IMG/VR virus record: IMGVR_UViG_3300022821_000011
Span: 77,134-115,719 of that record
Length of the DNA stretch: 38,586 nt
Direction: 5' to 3' (one strand)
Source of the DNA: a virus
Taxonomy: Duplodnaviria; Heunggongvirae; Uroviricota; Caudoviricetes
Each line of letters starts with the position of its first letter. Position 1 is the first letter of the stretch. Below the pieces are notes generated by a model, which was given only the letters and a program-made list of their open reading frames with translations, did no database searches and was not told the origin of the DNA. Shown in pieces: positions 26,298 through 35,214 of this stretch. The translations under genes were made by a program, and so were the position numbers.

Positions 26298-27391
26298 TGC
26301 TTATAGTTCCAACTTTAGAAGAATGTAAAAAATTTGCATTAAAAATTGGAGCTATTAAAATATTTGAAATTAAAATATCTCCTACAGATTGGGCATTGCC
26401 ATTTGAATGTCATAATAATTGTGATTTAAATCCTGTTCTTGGATATTATTTTGTAAAAGATTCTCATGGAATACTTCACGCATATAAGCATTCTATTTTA
26501 AATGATGGTGAATATATTGATATTACACCAACGTTAGATAATAGAAAATATAATATATTTGCTTTTCCAAGTCATTATAATGCTGAAATTTTAACATATA
26601 TAGATGGTTCAGTTCTTATAAATACAAATAAAAAAGGAATTGAATTAATGTATTATATATATGCTTTAATAGATCCAAGGAATAATAAGCCTTTTTATAT
26701 AGGAAAAGGAAAAGATGATAGGTGTTTATCGCATTTTAAAGAAAATAATTTAAATAAAGAAAATAATTCTAAAAAAAGAGCAAAAATTAAAAAATTAAAA
26801 AAACTTGGTTTTGAACCAATGATAGAATTTTATGCTCAAAATATAAAAGATGAAGAATTAGCATATAATATTGAAACTTTTTTTATCAAAAAATATGGAA
26901 GAATTGGTTATGAAGAAGATGGAATATTAACAAACATTTGTATAAATAATAATCCACCAAATCATAATGGAAAAACATATAATGAAATATATGGAAAAAA
27001 ACAAGCACTATTAATTATAGAAAAAAAGAGAAATCTTCAATTAAAAGCAAGTGGTTATGGACCATTAAAACATACAGAAGAAACAAAAAGAAAAATAAGT
27101 GAAAAAACAAAAGGCGAAAAAAATCCAAGATATGGTATTAAAATAAAAGGCACTGAAATTGCTAATAAAATTAGTTTAGCAAACACTGGAAAAAAACATT
27201 ATTCTAGAGCTAAATTATTAGTAATAGAAAATATAAATAAAAAAATTAAAGATTTTGTTTTTTCAAATGATCTTAAAGAATATTGTATAAAAAATAATTT
27301 ATCAAAAGGTACTTTTAATTCTCAACTTGGATATAATTGGCCAATATCTAAAAAAGGAAAAAACAAAGGGTATAAAATAAGATTGGCAATA
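26217..27391 (+). mobile_element. 1175-bp endonuclease-carrying insertion in the nrdB 3' end, bringing a recoded nrdB tail
   Basis: 26217-26297 and 27392-27472 are near-identical copies of the last 26 nrdB codons plus stop; the sequence between them encodes a GIY-YIG-like/NUMOD3 protein. Confidence 0.8.
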
Positions 27392-27470
27392 GAAACAGAA
27401 ATTAGTTCTTATGTAATTGGTGGTGTTAAAAATGATATAAGTGATGATACATTTAAAGGATTTAATTTAT
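26224..27470 (+). repeat. 72-bp direct repeat (26224-26295 and 27399-27470) with 4 synonymous differences
   Basis: Aligned by eye: GGC/GGT, AAC/AAT, ACT/ACA, TTC/TTT; both encode ISSYVIGGVKNDISDDTFKGFNL. Confidence 0.95.
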
Positions 27471-27472
27471 GA
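26297..27472 (+). CDS. multidomain protein: Cys-His-Asp-like N-domain + GIY-YIG-like (LEM-3 type) endonuclease + NUMOD3 + NrdB C-terminal tail
   Basis: YYIYALIDPRNNKPFYIGKGKDDRCLSH; HTEETKRKISEKTKGEKNPRYG; ends ETEISSYVIGGVKNDISDDTFKGFNL. Confidence 0.8.
   Translation: MLIVPTLEECKKFALKIGAIKIFEIKISPTDWALPFECHNNCDLNPVLGYYFVKDSHGILHAYKHSILNDGEYIDITPTLDNRKYNIFAFPSHYNAEILTYIDGSVLINTNKKGIELMYYIYALIDPRNNKPFYIGKGKDDRCLSHFKENNLNKENNSKKRAKIKKLKKLGFEPMIEFYAQNIKDEELAYNIETFFIKKYGRIGYEEDGILTNICINNNPPNHNGKTYNEIYGKKQALLIIEKKRNLQLKASGYGPLKHTEETKRKISEKTKGEKNPRYGIKIKGTEIANKISLANTGKKHYSRAKLLVIENINKKIKDFVFSNDLKEYCIKNNLSKGTFNSQLGYNWPISKKGKNKGYKIRLAIETEISSYVIGGVKNDISDDTFKGFNL
26617..26650 (+). promoter_or_regulatory. 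internal late promoter TATAAATA + RBS + in-frame ATG for the endonuclease domain
   Basis: TATAAATA at 26617-26624, AAGGA, then ATG at 26648 in frame (Met118). Confidence 0.7.
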
Positions 27473-27651
27473 ATATAATTCAAGAGATTAATGATAAGAT
27501 TTCAGAACTTGAAAGACAGAAAGAAGAAATACAAGAATTGTGTTCTCATCCAGTTAATGATAGTACATGGAATAAATCAGAAGATGAATATGGTAGAGAA
27601 GATGGCCCTGGCTATTATTCTCATATTTGTAGATTGTGCACAGCCCGCTAG
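27469..27651 (+). CDS. hypothetical protein
   Basis: ATGA-coupled to the distal nrdB-tail copy. Confidence 0.55.
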   Translation: MNIIQEINDKISELERQKEEIQELCSHPVNDSTWNKSEDEYGREDGPGYYSHICRLCTAR

Positions 27652-27701
27652 ACATCGGAAAAGCCAGTCAGAACCTTAAAGAAATAATATGAGTAGAATT
27701 T

Positions 27702-27878
27702 ATGATTAAGAAAATATTTTCCAATAGAAAAAATGCAGTATTTGTATTATGTGCTATTTTATGCTTTATTTCGGCCCTACTTGCTTTTTTAGAATTTTTT
27801 GTAGCTGGAAGTATTATAATAGCTATAGCTGGTTTTGTTGGTATTATGAATGAATGTATAGATCAAAACAATGAGTAG
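27702..27878 (+). CDS. 58-aa two-TM membrane protein flanked by a 12-bp direct repeat
   Basis: Translated by hand (MIKKIFSNRKNAVFVLCAILCF...); ATGAGTAGAATT at 27689-27700 and 27871-27882. Confidence 0.55.
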   Translation: MIKKIFSNRKNAVFVLCAILCFISALLAFLEFFVAGSIIIAIAGFVGIMNECIDQNNE

Positions 27879-28134
27879 AATTAGTGCACAAATAACAAAT
27901 CCATTTATTGAAGAACATAATTGTAGCAATTCATATTCTATAGATAGAAAAATATCTAAAAATAAATCTATAATGGCTCAAATTATTTTGTTTGATTTTA
28001 AAACTTTATTTACATTTGAGATATGGCATAGAGATAGATTTATGGATCATAAGGGGTTGATGTTTGAAATAGGATTGGTTGGCTTTTCTATAATATTAGA
28101 ATTTTATGATGCCAGACACATAGATCATTATTAA
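27871..28134 (+). CDS. hypothetical protein
   Basis: 87-aa ORF; DHKGLMFEIGLVG...EFYDARH motif. Confidence 0.6.
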   Translation: MSRISAQITNPFIEEHNCSNSYSIDRKISKNKSIMAQIILFDFKTLFTFEIWHRDRFMDHKGLMFEIGLVGFSIILEFYDARHIDHY

Positions 28135-28139
28135 TGTTA

Positions 28140-28147
28140 TATAAATA
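28140..28147 (+). promoter_or_regulatory. T4-type late promoter (TATAAATA)
   Basis: Exact match upstream of the RBS (AAAGGAG) of 28169. Confidence 0.7.
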
Positions 28148-28168
28148 TTCCTAACAAAGGAGTATTTT

Positions 28169-28573
28169 ATGACAACAGTGCCGTGGATCTATAAGAAAAA
28201 AGTTTTATCAGAAATTCCAGAAGGATACTATGGTTTTGTATACATTATTACTAATAACACTAATAATCGTTTGTATATTGGGCGTAAGTTTTTTTATAGT
28301 TCTAAAACAAGGCAAATAAAAGGCAAGAAAAAAAGATATAAAGTAGAATCAGACTGGAAAGATTATTATGGATCAAATAAATCTTTACAAGAAGATGTTC
28401 AAAAATTAGGTTATGGAGCATTCCACAGAGAGATTTTACACTTATGTAAAACAAAAGGAACTTGCAATTATTATGAAGCCTATGAAATATTTAATCGCCA
28501 CGCTATAATAAAAGAAAATTTCTATAATGAATGGATACATGTTAAGGTGAGTAAGAATCATGTCAAAGAATGA
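28169..28573 (+). CDS. GIY-YIG-like nuclease, conserved T4-like type
   Basis: GFVYIITNNTNNRLYIGRK...ESDWKDYYGS...FHREIL. Confidence 0.75.
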   Translation: MTTVPWIYKKKVLSEIPEGYYGFVYIITNNTNNRLYIGRKFFYSSKTRQIKGKKKRYKVESDWKDYYGSNKSLQEDVQKLGYGAFHREILHLCKTKGTCNYYEAYEIFNRHAIIKENFYNEWIHVKVSKNHVKE

Positions 28574-28802
28574 ACAAGTTTGGCTGATCGAATGTTGTAT
28601 AACTACAAAGTTGGGTGTGTGGGAATGCACTGCTGATGGTCGTAGCTGGATTTGTCATGTATGTTCTTCACAAAAAGCCGCTGAGCAATATGTTGAAGAA
28701 CATAAAAATGATCAATGTTTTGCTGATGATCCGGAACCAACCGGGTTGAAATGGAATAAAAATCACTATAATATTACAGGACCATATAATGTTAAAGAAT
28801 GA
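28560..28802 (+). CDS. hypothetical protein
   Basis: 80-aa ORF flanked by a 19-bp near-repeat. Confidence 0.6.
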   Translation: MSKNEQVWLIECCITTKLGVWECTADGRSWICHVCSSQKAAEQYVEEHKNDQCFADDPEPTGLKWNKNHYNITGPYNVKE

Positions 28803-29073
28803 ACAAAAATATTATTATATTAGAATTGATGATATATTAGATCAAATTGATATTATTAATAGAGACGATTCTGGTTATTGGGGTTCACTTAATAAACAGG
28901 GAGCCAAAGATTATTTTGATACTTCAGGATTGATAGAAATTGAATACAATCAGTTTGTTACAGAAACACATAATTTTTATTCTTATAAAATGAGTTCGAT
29001 ATCTGATAAAGGATGGATTCGTTTACAAAATTGGTGTAGAGAGAATAAATATCTATTAAATAACTTTTTATAA
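28789..29073 (+). CDS. hypothetical protein
   Basis: 94-aa ORF. Confidence 0.55.
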   Translation: MLKNEQKYYYIRIDDILDQIDIINRDDSGYWGSLNKQGAKDYFDTSGLIEIEYNQFVTETHNFYSYKMSSISDKGWIRLQNWCRENKYLLNNFL

Positions 29074-29083
29074 AGAAACAATT

Positions 29084-29323
29084 TTGGATAATAATAAAAA
29101 GAAGTCTAATAAAATTGTAATACATGAGGATAATAATATTCCAGTGCTTCGTGGTGAATGCCCAAAGTGCCATTGTGGAGATAAATCATTAATCATAATA
29201 AATTTTGTTAAAAATCCAACAAATGAAAGACTTAATATGATTAAAATGAAATGCGTATGTTGTTTGAAAGAATATTATAAGTATGCTACAGAAATATCAA
29301 AAAACGAAATTAAAAAACCTTAA
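29084..29323 (+). CDS. zinc-ribbon hypothetical protein
   Basis: CPKC and CVCC pairs. Confidence 0.55.
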   Translation: MDNNKKKSNKIVIHEDNNIPVLRGECPKCHCGDKSLIIINFVKNPTNERLNMIKMKCVCCLKEYYKYATEISKNEIKKP

Positions 29324-29430
29324 AGAAAAAGCATATCAAGAAATTAACTCCTGTTGTGCTACATTTTGTTATAAAAAAGATATAATTTCATACATTAAAG
29401 CTTTAGAAAATGAAGTAGAAAGATTACATT

Positions 29431-29694
29431 ATGAACAAGAACGTTAGATATAGCTTTTCAATATTAGTAGATGCTCTTAATCTCAAAGGTGAGTATGAAG
29501 CAATATTAGAAGATAGTAAAATTTCAGTCCCAAAAAACAAAAGACACTTAAATACAACTACTGCAGAGTGGTGTGTGAACAATATACATGTTCTTAATAG
29601 AAAAACAAAAGCTTTAAATAAAATAGTTGATATATGCAACAAGTATTTAGTTTTAGCAGAAAACAATAATAATATAGTTTTTGTCGTAGAGTAA
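29431..29694 (+). CDS. hypothetical protein
   Basis: 87-aa ORF. Confidence 0.55.
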   Translation: MNKNVRYSFSILVDALNLKGEYEAILEDSKISVPKNKRHLNTTTAEWCVNNIHVLNRKTKALNKIVDICNKYLVLAENNNNIVFVVE

Positions 29695-29702
29695 TATTTG
29701 TA

Positions 29703-29731
29703 TTGACATTTAGATTATAATTATATATAAT
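29703..29731 (+). promoter_or_regulatory. sigma70-type promoter TTGACA-N17-TATAAT
   Basis: Exact consensus upstream of glutaredoxin. Confidence 0.8.
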
Positions 29732-29757
29732 AGAAAATAATAATGGCGTTTGGACTG

Positions 29758-29997
29758 ATGAAAATTGTAGTTTTTACTAAACCTGGTTGTTCATTTTGTG
29801 TAAAAGCAAAAGATCTTCTTGATAGTGAGGGACTTATATACTCTGAGATTGTGGTAGGAGAAGATGGAAATATAAGTAAAGATAGTTTTCTTTCTTTGTT
29901 TCCAGAAACAAAAACTCTTCCACTTATTAAAATTAATGATGATGTAGTTGGCGGATATAAAAATTTAGTCGATTGGATTAATAAATTTACTAAATGA
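29758..29997 (+). CDS. nrdC: glutaredoxin (NrdC-like RNR reductant)
   Basis: VFTKPGCSFCVKAK, TLPLI, VGGY; start probably the ATG at 29758. Confidence 0.85.
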   Translation: MKIVVFTKPGCSFCVKAKDLLDSEGLIYSEIVVGEDGNISKDSFLSLFPETKTLPLIKINDDVVGGYKNLVDWINKFTK

Positions 29998-30609
29998 TGG
30001 AATGAATTATGAAGTACATAAGCAGAATTATAGAAAATATTCAAGCCTTAGAATTAAGATTACAGATATCAGAATCTGATTTATATATGGCACATTCAAA
30101 TAATATAGATGTGATTGATGAAATGTTTAATGGTCCAGAAAATTGTAATTTAATTTGTAATGAACTGGAAAATATATCAAAATCACAATCAGGAGATTTT
30201 TTCCTGGCATTAAATAAAAATAGAACATATATTTAATAACATGAAAATAAGTATAGATATTCATAATTATAGTACACGCAAATATTCTGATCTGTTAAGA
30301 TTAATTGAAGAAAAAGAAATGCCTTATTTAGATTTTGATGATGCTGTTTTTGGAGAAGTTGGATTTATGATGCTTAGTCAGATTTATAATATAAAAAACA
30401 AATATAATGATTAGACACAATAAAATTGTTTCAAGTTCTATTGAGTTAGAACTTAATATCTATATTAGAATATGTAATTATAGAATAGATAATAATAGAG
30501 ATGATTTAATGGGTGATGTGTTTGGTATAGCTGGCGCAGAATCATTGTATAGTTTATCACTATTAAATCAAGATAAAACAAGAATAATATATGAGTATAT
30601 AAAAGGATT

Positions 30610-31554
30610 GTGATGCATATTATAGATGGAAAAATTATCAGTTCAGATATGACTAAAACTGCTATGGGCGGAACTGAATTGATGGTTAATGAATTAATAA
30701 AAAGAATTGAACCAGAGTTATTAAATAAGTTTGAAATAGTTGCTTCAAGAATTACACAGCCGCTGGATCAAAGTAAAAAAAGAATTTATTATGTTCATGA
30801 TTTGCCAGATGATCCTGCTTCAGAACATTTAAATAATGGTGGATATAATCAATTTGAAAAAATTGTATTTGTTAGCAATTGGCAAATGCAAGGGTATATT
30901 ACAAAATATTCTATTCCCTGGTATAAATGTGCTGTTATTCAAAATGCTATTGTACCAATTGAAGTTCATGAAAAACCGACAGATAAAATTAGATTGATTT
31001 ATCATACAACTCCGCATAGAGGGCTTGATCTTTTGTATAATGCTTTTGATGCATTAACAAAAGATTATGATAATTTAGAGCTTGATGTTTTTTCTAGCTT
31101 TGAAATATATGGTTGGAAAGAAAGAGATGAGCCATATAAAGAGTTGTTTGATGCTTGCAATAATCATCCATTTATTAATTATCATGGTTCTGTAAGTAAT
31201 TCTGAGATTCGTGATGCCCTTAAACAAGCTAACATATATGGTTATCCCTGTGTGTGGCCAGAGACATCTTGCTTGTCACTTATAGAAGCAATGAGCGCAG
31301 AACTTATATGCGTTCATCCAAATTATGCTGCTCTTTCAGAAACAGCAGCAAATTGGACTTTTATGTATCAGTGGCAGCAGAATAAGAGAGATCATTTACA
31401 AGTTTTTTATGGTATGCTTAGATCTGCCGTAGAATCATCTATAAATGGTAGTTCTAAAAATAGAGTTTATAACCAAAAACAATATATTGATATGTTTTAT
31501 AATTGGGATTTGAGAGCGACACAATGGAAGATGCTTTTGAGTTCCCTAGCATAA
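30610..31554 (+). CDS. glycosyltransferase (GT4/GT-B fold)
   Basis: GGTE, YVHDLP, IYHTTPHRGLDLL, WPETSCLSLIEAM (EX7E). Confidence 0.85.
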   Translation: MMHIIDGKIISSDMTKTAMGGTELMVNELIKRIEPELLNKFEIVASRITQPLDQSKKRIYYVHDLPDDPASEHLNNGGYNQFEKIVFVSNWQMQGYITKYSIPWYKCAVIQNAIVPIEVHEKPTDKIRLIYHTTPHRGLDLLYNAFDALTKDYDNLELDVFSSFEIYGWKERDEPYKELFDACNNHPFINYHGSVSNSEIRDALKQANIYGYPCVWPETSCLSLIEAMSAELICVHPNYAALSETAANWTFMYQWQQNKRDHLQVFYGMLRSAVESSINGSSKNRVYNQKQYIDMFYNWDLRATQWKMLLSSLA

Positions 31555-31561
31555 AGGCTAA

Positions 31562-32419
31562 GTGATGATACTATTAGATCTAAATCAGGTAATGATTTCT
31601 AATTTGATGATGTCGGTAAAAAATAATAGTGAAATTGAAGAAGATTTAGTCCGTCATATGATTTTAAATACTATAAGATCTCTTAGAAAGAAATTCTTTC
31701 AAGAATATGGTGAATTGGTTATTGCATGTGATGATACTAATTATTGGCGTAAGCAAATTTTTCCATATTATAAAGCCAGCAGAAAAAAAGATAGAGGCGA
31801 ATCTCCTATGGATTGGAATAATATATTCCAGATATTAAATAAAATTAGAGACGAATTAAAAGAATATTTTCCATATAGAGTAATTCAAATTGAAACTGCT
31901 GAAGCAGATGATGTTATTGGAACTTTAGTTCAAGATGAAAATGATAAAGTTATAAATAACAGTAAGATACTTATCTTATCAGGAGACAAAGATTTTATTC
32001 AATTGCAACAATATGATAATATCAAACAGTATGATCCAGTTAGAAAGAAATTTATTTCTCATAAAAATCCATCACTCTATATTAAAGAGCATATTCTTCG
32101 TGGAGATGTTGGCGATGGAGTTCCAAATTTTTTATCTCATGACTCTACCTTTGTTGATGGGTCAAGACAAAAATCTATTTATGCGACTAAAATGGATGTT
32201 TGGCTTAAACAAGAGCCAGCTGAGTTTTGCGACAGCGAAACATTGAGAAATTATAATAGAAATAAAATGTTAATCGATTTGAATAATATTCCAGAAGATA
32301 TAAAAAATAAAGTAAGAGAATCTTATAATAGTCAAGATAACAAAAAGAGAAATAAACTTTTCAATTATTTTGTTGAAAAAAAGTTAAAACATTTGATGGC
32401 AAACATAAACGAATTTTAA
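31562..32419 (+). CDS. rnh: RNase H / 5'-3' exonuclease (T4 rnh-like)
   Basis: LLDLNQ, YYKASRKK, EADDVIG, SGDKDFIQL, GDVGDGVPN. Confidence 0.92.
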   Translation: MMILLDLNQVMISNLMMSVKNNSEIEEDLVRHMILNTIRSLRKKFFQEYGELVIACDDTNYWRKQIFPYYKASRKKDRGESPMDWNNIFQILNKIRDELKEYFPYRVIQIETAEADDVIGTLVQDENDKVINNSKILILSGDKDFIQLQQYDNIKQYDPVRKKFISHKNPSLYIKEHILRGDVGDGVPNFLSHDSTFVDGSRQKSIYATKMDVWLKQEPAEFCDSETLRNYNRNKMLIDLNNIPEDIKNKVRESYNSQDNKKRNKLFNYFVEKKLKHLMANINEF

Positions 32420-32430
32420 GGTGATTATAT

Positions 32431-32850
32431 ATGAATAAAGGTATTTCTGAAATTTTAGAAGAAGCATCTAAACAAAGTAAAGTTAATGATAAAGTTGCAG
32501 TGTTACAAAAGAATGCTACACCAACTTTGAAAATGTTATTAAAAATGGCATTTGATAAAAATCTTAAATGGTTAATTCCACCAGGAGAGCCACCATTTAA
32601 TAAAAATGATGCTCCAGGAGCTCAAGGAGCTTTATATGGAGCTACAAAAAAGTTTTATTTATTTGTAGAGCATAATGGAAAGAAAGCAGAAGTTAATCAA
32701 ATTAAAAGAGAAGCTATTTTTATTCAAATTTTAGAAACTCTTGATCCAAGAGATGCTGTTCTTTTATGTTCTATAAAAGATAAAAAAATACCATATAATG
32801 GAATTACTAAGAACTTAGTTCTTAAAGCTTTTCCAGATATTTCACTATAA
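32431..32850 (+). CDS. conserved T4-like hypothetical protein (DUF6433-like)
   Basis: WLIPPGEPPF...KREAIFIQILETLDPRDAVLL..IKDKK. Confidence 0.7.
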   Translation: MNKGISEILEEASKQSKVNDKVAVLQKNATPTLKMLLKMAFDKNLKWLIPPGEPPFNKNDAPGAQGALYGATKKFYLFVEHNGKKAEVNQIKREAIFIQILETLDPRDAVLLCSIKDKKIPYNGITKNLVLKAFPDISL

Positions 32851-32864
32851 TAGGAGACGAGACT

Positions 32865-33041
32865 GTGGGTAAAACATTTCATCACAAAAAAGGTTGGGAT
32901 GACTATGATTATGATGATAAAAGTATAAAAAGAAAAAAGAAAAAGGCTTATTCTAAAAGACAGAATAATCTTAAAACACAAACTCTTGATGACTTAGCAG
33001 ATAAGCTAACTTACTGGGATATTATTCAAGACTCTGACTAG
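32865..33041 (+). CDS. 58-aa hypothetical protein
   Basis: Translated by hand; GTG start behind RBS AGGAG. Confidence 0.55.
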   Translation: MGKTFHHKKGWDDYDYDDKSIKRKKKKAYSKRQNNLKTQTLDDLADKLTYWDIIQDSD

Positions 33042-33054
33042 GATATTAAATTGA

Positions 33055-33294
33055 ATGCCGACATATACGTTTCTTAATAAGAAAACAAAAAAAGAGTTTA
33101 GTTTGTTTATGTCAATGTCTGAAAAAGATGTTTATCTAAATGATAATCCTGATACTATACAAACTTTACTTGCTGCAACTCCAGTGTGTGATCCAACTAA
33201 TGTGGGAGTTAGAAGCAAGCCAGATGATGGTTTTCGTGATGTATTGAAAAAAATTAAAGGAAGTCACTACAAGTCCAATATCAATACTTTTTAA
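33055..33294 (+). CDS. FmdB-like small regulatory protein (T4-like type)
   Basis: MPTYTF...KPDDGFRDVLKKIK. Confidence 0.7.
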   Translation: MPTYTFLNKKTKKEFSLFMSMSEKDVYLNDNPDTIQTLLAATPVCDPTNVGVRSKPDDGFRDVLKKIKGSHYKSNINTF

Positions 33295-33314
33295 CTTAAC
33301 CACGGAGTACGAGA

Positions 33315-34070
33315 TTGCTAGATATCGAAATCGAATCTAAATTTCTATCAAATGCAGAAAAAAGAGAAATAAGAAAAGAAAGAAGACGTAACAAAACAGC
33401 ACCAAAAACAGCCAACATGTCATTAGTCGATATAAATCCAATGACTAAAAATCAAATGTTAGCATTTGACGAATTTGAATTAGATAAAAATTTATTATTA
33501 AATGGATGTGCTGGAACTGGAAAAACTTTTATATCATTATATCTTGCTTTAAAAAGCATTGCATCAAATAAAAATGATATTCACAAAGTTACTATTGTAA
33601 GATCTATTGTTCCAACAAGAGATGTTGGTTTCTTACCAGGAGATCTTACAAAAAAGACTGATTTATATGAATCGCCATATATGGCTATGTGCAGCGAGTT
33701 ATTTTCTAGAGGTGATGCTTATGCTATATTAAAGCAAAAAGCAGTTTTAGAGTTCTTACCAACATCATATATTAGAGGCATTACTATAAGCGATTCTATC
33801 GTAATTGTAGATGAGATGCAAAATCTAAATTATCATGAGTTGGATTCTATAATAACTCGTATGGGTGAAAATTCTAGAATAATCTTTTGTGGCGATTTTA
33901 ATCAAAGCGATCTTATTAAGAAAAGTGAAAAAAATGGAATACTTGATTTCATGAAAATTCTTGATAGAATGAAAAGTTTTTCAAGAATTGAATTTATTAA
34001 AGATGATATTGTTAGGAGTGGATTAGTTAGAGAGTATATTATAGCAAAAGAAAAAATCTCTCAACACTAA
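33315..34070 (+). CDS. phoH: PhoH-family ATPase
   Basis: GCAGTGKT, VRSIVPTRDVGFLPG, YIRG, IVDEMQN, TRMGENSRIIFCGD..QSDL. Confidence 0.95.
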   Translation: MLDIEIESKFLSNAEKREIRKERRRNKTAPKTANMSLVDINPMTKNQMLAFDEFELDKNLLLNGCAGTGKTFISLYLALKSIASNKNDIHKVTIVRSIVPTRDVGFLPGDLTKKTDLYESPYMAMCSELFSRGDAYAILKQKAVLEFLPTSYIRGITISDSIVIVDEMQNLNYHELDSIITRMGENSRIIFCGDFNQSDLIKKSEKNGILDFMKILDRMKSFSRIEFIKDDIVRSGLVREYIIAKEKISQH

Positions 34071-34078
34071 AAAGTATA

Positions 34079-34792
34079 TTGTATAATTTATTAGCAAAAC
34101 GTGAATTTAAAGAGTTTAAGAGGCACCCTTTGATAGATCGGGTGTCTCTTGTGCCAGAATTGATACGAATTGATGGCGGCGAACATCGGTTATATGAAAC
34201 TCTAGAAGGAAATAAATATCCTTCTGTTACATCAGTCTTTAGTGTAATTGATAAGCCAGAGATACAGGCCTGGCGAGATAGTATGGGGCACGACGAAGCT
34301 GATAAATGGACTCGTAGGGCTGGTAATAAAGGAACTATTCTTCATGATATGTGTGAAAGATATGTTTTAAATACATTAAGAGAAAATCAAGAAGATTACA
34401 ATTTTATATCAGTAAATAATTTTCTTCCGGTTAAAAAAGTTATCGACAAAGTTATTGATAATATTTTAGCTGTCGAATTGAAAATATATTCAGATAAATT
34501 AAAAACGGCTGGCACAGTAGATTTAATAGCTGATGTATATAAAAAATTAGCTGTAGTAGATTATAAAACATCTAATCAATATAAGTATAAAGATCAGTGC
34601 TCTACATTTTTTATGCAGGGTGCAGCTTATGCTTTTATGATTAATGAATTATTAGGAACATCAATAGAAGATATATTAATAATTGTCGCTGTAGATGGTG
34701 GTGACACTATAGTTCATCATGAAAAAGTAGAAGATCACTTTAAAGAATTTTTGAAAATAAGAGTTGAATTTAAGGAAAAGTTTGGAATATAA
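34079..34792 (+). CDS. PD-(D/E)XK exonuclease
   Basis: YPSVT, GTILHDMCE, AGTVDLIA, VVDYKTS, QGAAYA. Confidence 0.85.
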   Translation: MYNLLAKREFKEFKRHPLIDRVSLVPELIRIDGGEHRLYETLEGNKYPSVTSVFSVIDKPEIQAWRDSMGHDEADKWTRRAGNKGTILHDMCERYVLNTLRENQEDYNFISVNNFLPVKKVIDKVIDNILAVELKIYSDKLKTAGTVDLIADVYKKLAVVDYKTSNQYKYKDQCSTFFMQGAAYAFMINELLGTSIEDILIIVAVDGGDTIVHHEKVEDHFKEFLKIRVEFKEKFGI

Positions 34793-34977
34793 TAATATGA
34801 AAACTGTAAAATTTCAAGTTAAACCTGATGCAGCTATCGCAAAGCCTAATATAGAAATTACAAAATATGTATGCCGTAATGCTGTTAAGTGGCCAGATTT
34901 AGTAAACTATTATCTAAATTCTTCGATTGATTATAGAAATATGATAGCGCAAATGATTTTAATAAAGAGGATTTTAA

Positions 34978-35214
34978 ATGAAAATTAATGGAGTATTATC
35001 TGCTTCAGACTTTGTAAAAGAAATAGAAGAAATGTCTAAGAAATTAGGAGTTCCATATATTGATGCAGTCATTCATTATTGTGATACTAATAAAATAGAA
35101 TTAGAAACAGCAGCAGGAATGATTAGACTTTCTAGTCCAATGAAATCTAAAATACAAAATGAAGCAGAAGATTTAAATTTTTTACCAAAAACAACAAGTA
35201 AGTTACCAATATGA
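34978..35214 (+). CDS. gp33: late transcription co-activator (T4 gp33-like)
   Basis: IEE......YIDAVIHYCDTNKIELE......S..MKSKIQNEAEDLNFL; position before gp59-gp32. Confidence 0.85.
   Translation: MKINGVLSASDFVKEIEEMSKKLGVPYIDAVIHYCDTNKIELETAAGMIRLSSPMKSKIQNEAEDLNFLPKTTSKLPI

Noticed and set aside
26217-27391. Group I intron or intein in nrdB
   Set aside because: The insert is almost entirely ORF, leaving no room for a ribozyme core; the junctions lack the U/G splice-site rule needed to rebuild APQETE; a stop codon separates nrdB from the insert, which excludes an intein.
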